Source of the DNA: the human T2T-CHM13v2.0 reference genome, Homo sapiens
Reading direction: 5' to 3' (one strand)
Assembly: GCF_009914755.1 (NCBI RefSeq)
Contig: NC_060937.1
Length of the DNA: 64,000 nt
This document shows, in pieces, positions 63,405-64,000 of the stretch; position 1 is the first letter of the stretch, and each line of letters starts with the position of its first letter. The notes beneath the pieces are model-generated. The model did no database searches, had not been told where the DNA came from, and worked only from the letters and a program-made list of their open reading frames with translations. The position numbers and the translations under genes were made by a program.

Positions 63405-64000
63405 AGAAAATCTGTGGAGAAGTTGGAAAGTTTATACATTGGTAGTGGAAACGTAAAATACTACAGCTGTGATGGGAAATGGTTTGGCAGTAACTCAAAA
63501 TGTTAAACATAGAGTTACCATATGATCCAGCAAATGCATTGCTAGGTGTATCCCCAAAAACATTAAAACAAAATTATTTAAACAAAATCTGTACATGAAC
63601 AGCACTATTCACAATAGCCAAAAGGTGAAAACAACCCAAATGTCTATCAACCAATGACTAGATCAACAAAATGTGGTACATCCATGCAATAGAATGTTAT
63701 TTGACCATAACAATGAAGTAGTGACTCATGTTACAACATGGGTAAACCTTGAAAACATTATATACTAAGTGAAAGAAGCCAAACAAAAAAGCCCACATAT
63801 TTTTTATTCCACTTATGTTCAGAATAGGCAAAACCATAGAGATAGAAAGTAGATAAGTGGTTGCCAGGGAGTGGGGAGATAGGGAATTGGGAGTGACTGT
63901 TAATAGGTACAGGATTTCCATTAGGTGGGATAACATTGCGGAGTTAAATAGTGGTGATGTTTGCACAACTTTTTTAATACAAAAATCCACTGAATTGTAC
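63405..64000 (+). mobile_element. L1MB-like 3' end
   Basis: 'ttaaacatagagttaccatatgatccagca', 'gtggttgccaggg', 'ccactgaattgtac'. Confidence 0.88.

Overview
Primate (human-like) non-coding genomic DNA made mostly of transposable-element remnants. I found no host protein-coding exon, tRNA gene or CRISPR array. The only long ORFs belong to a full-length ~6.0-kb L1PA2/PA3-type LINE-1 (30843-36879, 12-bp TSD, frameshifted ORF1/ORF2). Other content: a two-LTR, pol-less ERV1 provirus of the MER57/MER4 group (13041-19411, GTTC TSD, tRNA-Leu-like PBS, env-TM remnant); many solo LTRs (MER4D-, MER39-, LTR27-, MER50-, LTR9-, LTR26-, MER21-, LTR16-, THE1- and MLT-like); ~19 Alu/FLAM copies; old L1M/HAL1, L2 and MIR; DNA transposons (MER6, Tigger2, MER5A); microsatellites. 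Most notable observations: a ~1.17-kb block of apparently captured genomic DNA that cleanly splits the proviral env TM frame; a tailless 5S rRNA retrocopy whose target site was re-used by an AluY; a double-truncated Alu with no tail or TSD; a ~100-bp dispersed duplication; and a multi-level nest of elements inside one MER5A. Subfamily names come from recalled consensus sequences and need RepeatMasker/Dfam confirmation. I see no solid evidence for a new biological system; the findings are mostly mechanistic fossils of genome evolution.
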